This document shows, one piece after another, positions 1 through 9,440 of a stretch of DNA of 32,000 nt. The notes beneath the pieces are model-generated. The model had not been told where the DNA came from. It made no database searches and saw only the letters and a list, made by a program, of their open reading frames with translations. The stretch spans positions 8,040,001 to 8,072,000 of the forward strand of contig NC_010628.1 of the NCBI RefSeq assembly GCF_000020025.1, in the 5' to 3' direction. The first letter of the stretch is position 1. Every line of letters starts with the position of its first letter. The stretch is from Nostoc punctiforme PCC 73102 (GTDB lineage: Bacteria > Cyanobacteriota > Cyanobacteriia > Cyanobacteriales > Nostocaceae). The translations under genes were made by a program, and so were the position numbers.

Positions 1-1
1 T

Positions 2-871
2 GGCATATTGCGAGGGATGCACAATGTTTGTCCGCATCGCGGAGCGCAGATGTTGCAAGGGCAGGGTCATTGTCAACGGGTGCGTTGTCCGTATCATGGT
101 TGGAACTTCAATTATGAAGGCAATCTTAAAGGTTTACCTCGCGCTGAGTGTTTTCCCAATTTAGATAAGTCGGCTGTCTATCTAGCTAAGGGAAGAGTAG
201 AGACATGGGGTGGTTTTATCTTTGTTCATTCAGAAGCAGAAGGGGAATCTTTAGTAAGTTATTTGGCTGGATTTTCAGCTTACTTAGAGCAATATCAGCA
301 CCGTTGGCAGGAACTTCAGCAGGTTGACCACTGGTTTTATGAAGAGCCAGCCAATTGGAAATTTCCCATTGAGAATTATCTAGAGTGTTATCACTTGTCA
401 GTTGTTCATGCCCAAAGTTTAAAGTGTTTCGATCCGAAGAATATTATTTACACTCCAACTGGGCGACATTATCAGATATTTGTTCCTTTTACAGATGATG
501 AATTTGTCAAAGATCACCCCGCTTTTTCAGGAGAACCAAGGGGACAATCTTACCAGGGGTTCATCTTTCCCAATATGATGATTAATACTGCAAGAGACAA
601 AGTTTCAGTTTTTCGGCTGACCCCTTTATCTCCCACAAAAACTAAGTTTGAGGTTTTTATTTATCAAACAAAAGCCCAGATTGAAGCATTTCCTTATAAG
701 CAAGATGAATTTCGACCTGAATTTGAGCGGGTGTTAAATGAAGACTTTGGGGTGGTGCGATCGCTACAAGCAAGTGTTCATTCCAAAGCTTATGGTGTAC
801 TTCAGCTTGCAGACATTGAATATGGGATTTCTCACTTCCATCAAGTTCTGTCGAAGTACTACCAACCCTAA
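2..871 (+). CDS. Aromatic ring-hydroxylating (Rieske non-heme iron) oxygenase alpha subunit, 5'-truncated by the window edge
   Basis: Rieske 2Fe-2S motif CPHRG...x17...CPYHGW lies at the very N-terminus of the ORF. The frame is open to the window start, and the track's 'M' at 8 is a TTG. The C-terminal part has a catalytic-domain-like NYLECYH / VVH region. Confidence 0.85.
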   Translation, partial: GILRGMHNVCPHRGAQMLQGQGHCQRVRCPYHGWNFNYEGNLKGLPRAECFPNLDKSAVYLAKGRVETWGGFIFVHSEAEGESLVSYLAGFSAYLEQYQHRWQELQQVDHWFYEEPANWKFPIENYLECYHLSVVHAQSLKCFDPKNIIYTPTGRHYQIFVPFTDDEFVKDHPAFSGEPRGQSYQGFIFPNMMINTARDKVSVFRLTPLSPTKTKFEVFIYQTKAQIEAFPYKQDEFRPEFERVLNEDFGVVRSLQASVHSKAYGVLQLADIEYGISHFHQVLSKYYQP

Positions 872-1099
872 TATACTTTCCTCAGTATCAAGTCTAGAAG
901 ATTGATGACAATGGGAGCATCTCACTGAGCTTGCTTTTGTTCTGGGGTCATTTGTAAGTAAATATACTCTTTTTATTTATCATGACTGATTTTCGCCCTC
1001 TTTGCAAAAAACTGGGATGCTCCCCTATGGAATATTCAAGCATTAACAACTAACAATCATCTACCTATTATCTTAAATCCAGTTTTAATAATAGCTCAC

Positions 1100-1282
1100 T
1101 TGGTATTATCGGCTCATTTCATTGAAGCAATAATTGCCGCTTTTTATGCACCCGCGAAAAATCAAAAGCCAATTCAATATGGAATTTATACTTTTTTTGT
1201 GGGTACAATTGGTTTATTAGAATTTTTTGAAAATCCTTCCCAGATCCCCGAATTATCTAATAAATTGGAATCTGAGCCATAG
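1100..1282 (+). CDS. Small hydrophobic hypothetical protein (start uncertain)
   Basis: 60-codon ORF with a TTG start that ends 5 nt before the STAND gene. The frame is open back to 986 with no ATG. The sequence is hydrophobic and membrane-like (IIAAFYA, YTFFVGTIGLL). No family recognised. Confidence 0.25.
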   Translation: MVLSAHFIEAIIAAFYAPAKNQKPIQYGIYTFFVGTIGLLEFFENPSQIPELSNKLESEP

Positions 1283-1287
1283 ATGTT

Positions 1288-2796
1288 ATGTCAAACTCGC
1301 TGAAAGCATCAACAGCAGGATTAGCAATTGTAGACAAATCACGTCAACGTCTAGGTTGGACAAAAACTAGCACCGCACGCTGGTGGCAAGATGCTCATAC
1401 CTCTAGAGCTACTTTACGCCGATTTTGGCAAGGCGATCGCATCCAGCGAGAAATTTTCATCGCTATCTGTCAAGCTGTTGGTATTGGAAACTGGGAAGCG
1501 ATCGCAGAATTATCCAATGCAGACTTAGAATCTACTGTAGTTATCCCCACACCTTATTTAGATTGCAATGAAGCACCCGATCTCGAAAGCTTCTATGGAC
1601 GAAATCAGGAATTGGCACAATTAGAAGAATGGCTTACCAGCCAAAACTGTAAATTAGTCACTATTAACGGTATTGCTGGTATTGGCAAAACCGCCCTAGC
1701 ACTGGCTTTAGTAGACCGCATTCAGTTAAAATTTGATTGTTTAATTTGGAAGTCTCTGCAAACTTCCCCATCTCTCATTTCCCTACTGAATAGCCTACTA
1801 AACTCCTTTGAGCAAGGCGTTGTTGTGCAGAATATTCAACAAGGTACGGCACAGCTTATACAGCAGTTACAAAAACATCATTGTCTGTTGATATTAGATG
1901 GATTAGAAGCTATTTTCTCGCAGCCAGAAGACCTCAGCTATGGTCAATTTATCCAACAATTAAGTCGAGAACGGCATCAAAGTTGTATTCTGATTAGCAG
2001 CCGCGAACAACCAAATAATATTGAAACTAATACCAAAATATATCACTGTTTAAATCTCAAAGGGTTGCCAAAAACAGAGGCTGTAGAATTATTACAATCA
2101 AGGGGATTTACAGGCAAGGAACTAGGCTTATCAGTATTAATTCAACTTTATCGCGGTAATCCCTTGGTGCTGAAACTGGTAACGCCCTTAATTCAGTCTG
2201 TATTTGGGGGGAATGTTGCTGCTTTTTTGAGTCAGCATACTCTAATTGTAGGCGATCGCTTGCGTGTAATTCTCAAACAGCAATTTGAGCAACTTTCCGG
2301 CTTAGAACAAGACATTCTCTACTGGTTGGCAATTTGGCAAGAACCTGTCTCATTCTCTCGATTGCAAACCCATTTGCTGATATCCGTTGACCCAGCGATG
2401 GTTTTAGAGGGCATTGTAGCCTTAGAAAGGCGATCGCTTTTAGAAAAATGGGTCAGCGATTATGAACTCTCATTTACATTGCAACCCCTGGTCATGAAAG
2501 TGGTGACAGATGAATTGATAGAACATACTGTTCAAGAGATCGATCGAGTTGTGCAGAGTCATGATATTCGTCATTTTCAGATATTGCGAACCCATTGGTT
2601 GCTACGACCCGGTACTGACGATATTGCAGGCGATCGCATTTTAACTCAACTTTGGAAAAAGCTCTGGCATTTGTATGGTGCAACTCTTCCACAAATCTTT
2701 AATCAGATTCTGTTGTTGTTAAAGAGTCAATCGCCTTTAGCAATGGGTTACATCGGGAGTAATGTTGCGATCCTCTCAGGAATAGACTTGTTATGA
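1288..2796 (+). CDS. STAND NTPase: N-terminal HTH-like module plus NB-ARC (AP-ATPase) domain plus winged helix, with no C-terminal repeat sensor
   Basis: Motifs present: Walker A GIAGIGKTALA, Walker B CLLILDGLE, RNBS-B-like ILISSRE, GxP motif RGNPLVLKLV, and a WH-like LEQDILYWLAIWQEPVSFSRL. The N-terminal ~75 aa resemble the module that precedes NB-ARC/WD40 proteins in filamentous cyanobacteria. Confidence 0.85.
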   Translation: MSNSLKASTAGLAIVDKSRQRLGWTKTSTARWWQDAHTSRATLRRFWQGDRIQREIFIAICQAVGIGNWEAIAELSNADLESTVVIPTPYLDCNEAPDLESFYGRNQELAQLEEWLTSQNCKLVTINGIAGIGKTALALALVDRIQLKFDCLIWKSLQTSPSLISLLNSLLNSFEQGVVVQNIQQGTAQLIQQLQKHHCLLILDGLEAIFSQPEDLSYGQFIQQLSRERHQSCILISSREQPNNIETNTKIYHCLNLKGLPKTEAVELLQSRGFTGKELGLSVLIQLYRGNPLVLKLVTPLIQSVFGGNVAAFLSQHTLIVGDRLRVILKQQFEQLSGLEQDILYWLAIWQEPVSFSRLQTHLLISVDPAMVLEGIVALERRSLLEKWVSDYELSFTLQPLVMKVVTDELIEHTVQEIDRVVQSHDIRHFQILRTHWLLRPGTDDIAGDRILTQLWKKLWHLYGATLPQIFNQILLLLKSQSPLAMGYIGSNVAILSGIDLL

Positions 2797-2976
2797 CCCA
2801 TCTTTCGGTCTTGGGCTTCTGTACAAGCTTGCTAGTTACGTTGAAAATACATCTATCTTTAGTTACTTTTATGATTGCAACCTTTAGTTTAAAAATTAAA
2901 CAGACAAATTCCCTGTTCCTTCGATTGCTTGGGTTTAAATAAAACTGCCAATTTGCTAATTTAATAATCGAAATTT

Positions 2977-3141
2977 ATGCTTAATTGTTGTGAAGATTGC
3001 CCAATGAGCCGCCCTACCAAACTAAGCACCGAAATTTTGTACTGTCATCACCACGAAGTAATGATTAAAGCTGATAGTCCAACATGTGCTTACTATGAGT
3101 ATAAAATTCAACCCATGTTGCAAGCTAGAGATAAAAATTGA
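2977..3141 (+). CDS. Possible 54-aa Cys-rich small protein (below the ORF-track cutoff)
   Basis: Hand-translated as MLNCCEDCPMSRPTKLSTEILYCHHHEVMIKADSPTCAYYEYKIQPMLQARDKN*. It has five Cys and an HHH run. No clear Shine-Dalgarno sequence seen. Confidence 0.25.
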   Translation: MLNCCEDCPMSRPTKLSTEILYCHHHEVMIKADSPTCAYYEYKIQPMLQARDKN

Positions 3142-3543
3142 TTTTGAGAGCAAATGAATTCACATTTGCATTCAATTGAATACATATATAACTGTTAAAT
3201 CTAGGTAAAGGTAAAGCGATGAGCCAGTCGAATTTGAGGGAGCCCTACCTTGGATTGTTTGTTTGGCATCAGGTTTGTCGTTAGACCTTACCTTCTTTGG
3301 CTGATATCAAGTCCGGTCAATCGCTTATGATTACCGCATCTGTGCAAAAATCGGAAAAGCCTCTTTCCCCCTGCTCCCTGCGGTCTAAATGATAAGTCTT
3401 TAGCCGGACACGATATCGATATGACTCCAAATAGCTATGCGTCATACTAGCTTACGCTTATTGCTGCTGTGACTGGATTTTGAAATTACATCCGGATTAG
3501 ACAAGAGCAGAGTAGTTTATGTATAAAAAAGAGATTGCTTTGC

Positions 3544-3999
3544 ATGATTAACCAAATTGTCACTTTAGAATCTTGTTGGCATAGTTCTGGTCCGTGGGGA
3601 AAAGCCATACCATCATTAGCAGTTCAAATCCTGGAAAAAGTCTTTTTATCAAGCTCTGATATATCAGGCTACTGTTGTGGTGTGCAATGGGAGAGAGAGG
3701 AATGGATTTATGCCATTGTCTGCTGTCGTCAAATACTCTACTTGCCTCAAACAGAAATTTTGGGGACAAAGTTGGTGGAAAAAGCCACAGTTGCGACACC
3801 AGTTTTTGAATTAGGGGATGTGGTGGAAGTTGATTTTGGTGAAAAACCAACACGTCGTATTATTCAAGGGATTTTTTGCCTGAAAAACAACTGGCTTTAT
3901 GCAGTAGAGTGGCGTTCCCCAACCTTGTCAGAAATAGAATTGGCTCAAAGTAGAATTATCTGGCTTGCAGATGTGGATTTAGTAAAAGTGAAGGTATGA
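3544..3999 (+). CDS. Hypothetical protein of ~151 aa (possibly the Nostocales-restricted DUF1392-type family; recalled from memory, not verified)
   Basis: Clean ORF. An ATG at 3544 (MINQ...) is preferred over the TTG at 3535. The antisense ORF 3560..3853 is less protein-like. Confidence 0.55.
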   Translation: MINQIVTLESCWHSSGPWGKAIPSLAVQILEKVFLSSSDISGYCCGVQWEREEWIYAIVCCRQILYLPQTEILGTKLVEKATVATPVFELGDVVEVDFGEKPTRRIIQGIFCLKNNWLYAVEWRSPTLSEIELAQSRIIWLADVDLVKVKV

Positions 4000-4046
4000 C
4001 TGTAAACTAATTAAACGTAACCCAACTGCAAGCTGGTAATTTCCTT

Positions 4047-5495
4047 TTAACGAAAATTCTGCTGATTTTTCTCTGGCAGATTTCTAGGTGGGATTTCCCC
4101 TCCTTGATAAAACTGTTGCTCCAACTTGCCCAAACCAAGCCAAATTAAAACCCCAACTATCATAACTAGGCTTGAAACAATAACAGTGATAATAGAAATC
4201 TGATTCTGAATCAACATCAAGAAGGGAAGCACCCCCCAAATTAAGGCTGTGGTCACTGCTACTACTGCTCTCAAACGCTGAATCTGATTTAAAGCAGGTC
4301 TACAACTGGCGCATTTTTTTGTGTGTGAATGATACCTATCGAGTAACACTTCTTTTGATAGCGGTGGTGGTAGACACTCTACTTTAAATGGTTCAGCCTT
4401 GTATTGCCTTACCCAAGAACGTAACTGAAATACGAAAAGGTCTGCCTTGGTTGGTAAATAAAAAGCTTTAGTAAAGTTGGCGCTACCACCAAGTTTTTCG
4501 AGATAGCGTTCTTGATAATGTAAAAAAATCTGATCGTCTTCAAGGACGCGATTTTGACCAATATGAGAATACCAGCGCGGAGTCAGCTTCAGAAATAGTC
4601 CTGGTAAATTAGATGAGAACTTGAAGGGGAAGCGAGCAAATAAGCGACATTCTCCCTTACGAATAGGAGTTGCGTAGACCACTGTTAGTGTCCTGCCATA
4701 CTGCTTGGAGGTGAGATCGTGCCACATCAATCCAGGAGCAATAAACGTAGTATCCTGCCGCCCTAAAGTTCCTTTGCGCGGGCCTTCTGCCCAAGTCCCT
4801 TTAAACCCCCACTTTCCCGATTCTATAATCTCTAAATCTATCGGAGACACGTTAGCTCGATTACCGACGGTACGGTGATGAGTGTAAGGAATATGGCTGG
4901 TGTCAAGAACGTTTTCCATTAATGTCAGGGCATCGTAGGGTACATCTCTAAACGTGTTAAGGCAAATCCAACCATCTGGGTCTTGTTCTAGTGGTTCAAC
5001 AATCGGAACTTTAGTTTTAGCTGCATTCTCTGCTCGACCAGGATATACGAACAACATTCCTTGATAAACTGCGGTGGCTAATGTTGCCACACAAGCCCGT
5101 TGAGAAACTTCTGCCTTTGTTCGTTGTATTTGCTGTGGTATGAACTCACACTTACCTGTTCCCGAAAAAGCCCAGCCATGATAAGGGCATTCTAGCCATC
5201 CCTCATGATTAATTCTGCCTTCCGAAAGCGGCGCTAAACGGTGTGGGCATTGATCTATAAATGCTCGCCATGTCTGTTCATTTTTGTCCCACCATAGAAC
5301 AATATTCTGCTCTAGCAAGGTGAAGGGAGTTGGCTGAGATTTGTTTAAGTCTTCAATGTAACAAACAGGATACCAAACTTCTTGGCAATCAAAGCTATCT
5401 GGATCTAGTCCACCAGCAGGGAACTCTTGTAATACTTTAGTTTGGGATGTTACTTGTTGTTGAGAACCCTCTTGAGGCAAAACACTGTTGGACAT
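4047..5495 (-). CDS. PaO/Tic55/PTC52-like Rieske [2Fe-2S] oxygenase with C-terminal membrane anchor
   Basis: Rieske motif CPHRLAPLSEGR...CPYHGWAF. A C-terminal CxxC (KKCASC) is followed by two hydrophobic helices, which is the architecture of the pheophorbide a oxygenase family. Confidence 0.9.
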   Translation of the reverse strand: MSNSVLPQEGSQQQVTSQTKVLQEFPAGGLDPDSFDCQEVWYPVCYIEDLNKSQPTPFTLLEQNIVLWWDKNEQTWRAFIDQCPHRLAPLSEGRINHEGWLECPYHGWAFSGTGKCEFIPQQIQRTKAEVSQRACVATLATAVYQGMLFVYPGRAENAAKTKVPIVEPLEQDPDGWICLNTFRDVPYDALTLMENVLDTSHIPYTHHRTVGNRANVSPIDLEIIESGKWGFKGTWAEGPRKGTLGRQDTTFIAPGLMWHDLTSKQYGRTLTVVYATPIRKGECRLFARFPFKFSSNLPGLFLKLTPRWYSHIGQNRVLEDDQIFLHYQERYLEKLGGSANFTKAFYLPTKADLFVFQLRSWVRQYKAEPFKVECLPPPLSKEVLLDRYHSHTKKCASCRPALNQIQRLRAVVAVTTALIWGVLPFLMLIQNQISIITVIVSSLVMIVGVLIWLGLGKLEQQFYQGGEIPPRNLPEKNQQNFR

Positions 5496-5878
5496 GGTAA
5501 CAATTGAAAAATTCTGTTATTTTCTATCGAGCAAAAATATATCTATTTTTTAATCTTATGGGTGGCAATAAATTGAGGAATCAGTCTTAAGTCTCAAGTA
5601 GCTTCATCTGAAGTACAAAATTTGTTGACAAACAGATTGTAAAAGTTTTGACATCAAAAACTATGGATGGTCAAGCATCAACAGCCAGGATTGAATCACG
5701 CCAAATAGCTGAAAAGTTAGTTTGTCAGCGCTATTGCTGAATATAACTGGAAAATTTGATTACTTCAAGTCTTGTCAGCTTTTAGAGATGAAGTCTAGGT
5801 GGCTCGCGATCTTGTCTGTGACAATCCATTACCTTGGCAGAAGAAATCAACAGTTCAATTGACACTCTCATTGAGTTG

Positions 5879-6044
5879 CTCAGAGGTTGTTTGAAAAGTA
5901 TTTTGCTGTAACTTTAAGCACTTTTAGATCTCCCCTAGCCTTAAAAAGGGGGGAACCGGAATCAAAGTCCCTCTTTCTAAGGGGGATTTAGGAGGATCTA
6001 GAACTTTTGATACTGACAAGAGGACTTTTCAAACATCCTCTCAG
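5879..6044. repeat. Palindromic MITE-like element
   Basis: Imperfect inverted arms of ~50 bp (ctcagaggttgtttgaaaagt... / ...acttttcaaacatcctctcag) flank a central G/C hairpin (cccctagccttaaaaagggggg ... ccctctttctaaggggg). The elements are non-coding. Confidence 0.5.
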
Positions 6045-6409
6045 GCTTGGTCGGGAATTCTAGCCGCGATTGGTACACCGCCCAATCCAACCACCTAAAA
6101 ACCGTGGAAAGTCTCCAGAGTGGCCTACTGGACAACCACGGAAACGTAGAATTTGCTGCCCTATAGTCAAAAAAGGCACTACTAAACCGAAAAAACAAGT
6201 GTCAAAATCGGCTTGACTCTCCGACTTCTAAGTATCTACCCTTTAAAATTCTCAACTCAGCATTTTTGGGTCGTTTTGTCATTTCTTAGTCTAAACAGCA
6301 ATAACCAAACACCTATCTGGAATTCTCAACCGCAAATACATATTGGTCACTTGCAGATTTACACAGATACTTATAAAGTCTCCGCAAAAACGATATTACG
6401 AATTACGAA

Positions 6410-7117
6410 TTACTTGTTATACCAGGCTTTTCGCCACTGTTGCATTTGTTTAATTTCTATCTCTTGGGCTTTAACAATTTCTTGGGCTAATTTCTTAATT
6501 TCAGGGCGGTTAGACTTACTTAAGGCATCTTGCCCCATTGTTACAGCCCCTTGGTGGTGAGGAATCATCCCATTGATAAAGCGCAAATCAAACTCAGCAT
6601 CAGCTGCACCTAAGTCTTGACTCATCATCATGCCTTTCATTTGGTCAGACGACATTTCCATCGTATGACCCATTTGGCTATTGTAAGCCATCGGTTTATC
6701 TCCCGCCTTGGGATACCAAGCTTGTCGCCACTGCTTCATCTGAGTGATTTCTTGGTTTTGCGATTTGATGATATTGTCTGCTAGCTTTTTGATTTCAGGA
6801 CGTTTTGATTTCTGCTGCGCTTCTTTAGCCATTTCCACAGCCCCTTGATGGTGGGGTATCATAGCGTCGATAAATCGTAAATCAAAATTAGCATCGGCTG
6901 GGCCTAAATCCATTCCCATGCTGTGATTCATCATGCCACTACCGTGATTCATCATCTGCTTGTCATTAGCATTGGTGGTGGTTGCCTTTGTTGCTTGGCT
7001 TTGGTTCTGGGAAGCGGTACTAGTACAACCTGTCATTAACGCACTGGCTGAGGCGATCGCACTAAAGGTTAACGCCAAAAAGCCATTCCTCAAAGATACC
7101 AGTTGCATAAATCTCAC
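6410..7117 (-). CDS. DUF305-family, CopM-like periplasmic metal-binding lipoprotein
   Basis: Signal peptide with a lipobox-like LMTGC. There is a Met/His-rich stretch (MMNHGSGMMNHSMGM). The half-domain FDLRFIxxMIPHHQGAVxM...RPEIKKLA...W is internally duplicated, as in Synechocystis CopM. Confidence 0.85.
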   Translation of the reverse strand: MRFMQLVSLRNGFLALTFSAIASASALMTGCTSTASQNQSQATKATTTNANDKQMMNHGSGMMNHSMGMDLGPADANFDLRFIDAMIPHHQGAVEMAKEAQQKSKRPEIKKLADNIIKSQNQEITQMKQWRQAWYPKAGDKPMAYNSQMGHTMEMSSDQMKGMMMSQDLGAADAEFDLRFINGMIPHHQGAVTMGQDALSKSNRPEIKKLAQEIVKAQEIEIKQMQQWRKAWYNK

Positions 7118-7217
7118 CTAACAGTTTCCTAATTCTATATTTACTTCTTAGTTTTACAGCCAGAAATGAAATTAGCATGAAATCTCACTTAATTAAATAA
7201 GTCCAGTATCTTGTTGT

Positions 7218-9440
7218 TTATTTATCACTCAAAATTGTGTAAGCATCATTAACTAAGTGCATTTTCTCTTGTGCTTGTTTGAGCAGTTGCGGCTGATTTA
7301 CAAACAAATCTGGATGCCATTTTTTTACTAAAGTTCGATAAGCCTGCTTTACCTCAGCCTGAGAAGCATTTGTTTGCAATCCTAAAATGCCGTAGGCGCG
7401 GGTAATTTTATCTTTTTCCGTTTGGGTTTTTGTTTGGCTGGGTGCTTTATTGCTTTGAGTTGAATTTTGCTGTTTGCTAGTTTGAGAACTAGGCGATTGC
7501 ATCTCTGCTTTCATTCGCGCTATTTCTTCATTGAGTTCCCAATCACGAAATTTCGCCTCCACTTCTTCTGGACGCGGAGACGGAGAAGCTTTTGGCGATG
7601 GTGGTGGAGAAACAAATTCTACCCTTGTGCCACTATTTTTAGCAGTCTTTTCCTGTTGTTGCTTAATAACAGGATCTTTCTCAGGGGAAAGTTTAACTCT
7701 TTCTGGCTGTGGTGAATATTTTCTATTGGTATTTGTGTATTTTGGTATTTCTTTATAAGGTTGATGATTTGAGAGGATTTTGGCTTTTTCTAACTCTCGT
7801 AGCAACCGATTAAAAGCATTTTGTAATTGCTGCAAACCTTCACGTTTATTAGTAATTTCTCCTGGTTCTTGGCTGAATTGAAAGCAAATTACTTTTTCCG
7901 CTTGCCGTTCGTATTCAGCCAAAATGGATAACCCTTGGTTGCTAAAACTAGAAAAATAATCTTCAATTGCAGTTATACAAAGTTTAGCAACTTCCTGATG
8001 ATAAGATTCCTTTGCTAATTGCTCGTCTTGTTTTTGGATATTCTTGTTTAATAAATAAGAAATACTTCCGACGACAGCAGCCCCAACTGGACCGCCTAAC
8101 AACCAACCAATACCACCACCAACAGCAATAGAACCAGGTTCACTCAAATCATCATTATTATTTGGCTTTGGGGGTAGTATTACTTGTGGTTCGCTAGGAA
8201 AAGGAATTAATAAATCTTGCGGTCGTTCTTCTTGGAAAAACTCGTAAGCTTGATAAAGCCATTTCACAGCAGCTAATTGTAATTTATTTAGGTCTTTTTT
8301 AAGAGTATTTGTTTGCCAATCTTTAAATTTATTTTCTGCCAATGCAACTGCCGCATCAGGTTGATATTTGGTGAGTAGCTTGGGTAATTCTAGCCAATCG
8401 CGTAATTCTTCGATGCTGGTAGTGAAACCTTTATAAATTAAGTTAGCTGCTTTTTGTTTAATTTCAACTTTACTATTTTGTTTATCATCAAAGGATTTTA
8501 TTTCAAGAGCAATCGGGTCAATTTTAGCTTTTAATGATAGTTGGATTTGAGAAGCGATCGCTTGCACTCTTGGTAAACGCACACTACCACGATTTGGTTG
8601 CAAAATCCCTACAATATTTTGCAAAGCTGTTTCAAAAGCCGCTAACCCGCTACTATTGGCAGCCGCAACATCACCTTTCAATCTAGCTCTTAAAGCAGGT
8701 AAAGCATCAACACGATATAAATTACTAAAACCTGGAGGTAATTCGGCTCGAAAGCTTTCTGCAACAAACAGCAGGCGATTTTGGACTTGTTTTTGCTCGT
8801 CGGGTTCTAGCAAGTTCAGAAAATTAGCAACAAATATAACTGTTTTAATACCGCGATCTAATAGCCAATCTCGCAAATTTTCTCGTTCACCTAAAGTCAT
8901 TAACTTCCGTGCATCTAATAGTTGAATAACTAAATCTGCACCTAAAAGCTGTTCTTTGACTAAATTATCTTGTTCATCTCTATCATTTGTTCCCGGTAAA
9001 TCAAGAAATTCTACTCCTGTTTCTAAGAAGGGATGCGGACAAAAAACTTCCACAGATGCTACATCTTTTCGCATCTGCCTATTACCATCAAGAATTGCAA
9101 ATTGTTGTAGAATTTCTGTGCCACTGCGATAGATTTCTGTACCATCTACCAACATGATACGAGTCCGCACATCAGAGCCATACTTGACAGTAATCGATGC
9201 GCCTGTGGTGGGGATTAAATCAATTGGTAAGGTGCGATTTCCTAGCATGGCATTCAGTAAGGTGGACTTGCCATGATTAAAGGGGCCAAATACCGCAATG
9301 CGAAAACTAGGATTAACTAGATGATTGCAAATGGTAATTATATCTTGATGCAATTGTGATTTGCGTTCTAAATTAAGTAAACCAGATGCAGATTTCAGAG
9401 AATCTGCTAAATCCTTATAACCTGCATACTGTTGTTGCAT
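7218..9440 (-). CDS. Dynamin-like GTPase fused to a C-terminal DnaJ J-domain
   Basis: G1 motif FGPFNHGKSTLLNA and G3 motif LDLPGTND. A Gly-rich hydrophobic paddle-like segment GSIAVGGGIGWLLGGPVGAAVVGSISYLL is present. A P/S/Q-rich linker leads to a J-domain AYGILGL...AYRTLVKKWHPDLF carrying the HPD motif. Confidence 0.9.
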   Translation of the reverse strand: MQQQYAGYKDLADSLKSASGLLNLERKSQLHQDIITICNHLVNPSFRIAVFGPFNHGKSTLLNAMLGNRTLPIDLIPTTGASITVKYGSDVRTRIMLVDGTEIYRSGTEILQQFAILDGNRQMRKDVASVEVFCPHPFLETGVEFLDLPGTNDRDEQDNLVKEQLLGADLVIQLLDARKLMTLGERENLRDWLLDRGIKTVIFVANFLNLLEPDEQKQVQNRLLFVAESFRAELPPGFSNLYRVDALPALRARLKGDVAAANSSGLAAFETALQNIVGILQPNRGSVRLPRVQAIASQIQLSLKAKIDPIALEIKSFDDKQNSKVEIKQKAANLIYKGFTTSIEELRDWLELPKLLTKYQPDAAVALAENKFKDWQTNTLKKDLNKLQLAAVKWLYQAYEFFQEERPQDLLIPFPSEPQVILPPKPNNNDDLSEPGSIAVGGGIGWLLGGPVGAAVVGSISYLLNKNIQKQDEQLAKESYHQEVAKLCITAIEDYFSSFSNQGLSILAEYERQAEKVICFQFSQEPGEITNKREGLQQLQNAFNRLLRELEKAKILSNHQPYKEIPKYTNTNRKYSPQPERVKLSPEKDPVIKQQQEKTAKNSGTRVEFVSPPPSPKASPSPRPEEVEAKFRDWELNEEIARMKAEMQSPSSQTSKQQNSTQSNKAPSQTKTQTEKDKITRAYGILGLQTNASQAEVKQAYRTLVKKWHPDLFVNQPQLLKQAQEKMHLVNDAYTILSDK

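Noticed and set aside
5998-6560. ORFs 5998..6198 (-) and 6213..6560 (+)
   Set aside because: The first starts inside the palindromic repeat element and has no motifs. The second overlaps the 3' end of the DUF305 gene in antisense and has a non-ATG start.
7467-8925. Antisense ORFs inside the DLP::J gene (7467..7715, 7531..7758, 8656..8925)
   Set aside because: They lie entirely within a strongly supported minus-strand gene. Their sequences are low-complexity and Arg/Trp/Ser-rich, as expected for the antisense of a Glu/Lys/Pro-rich region.
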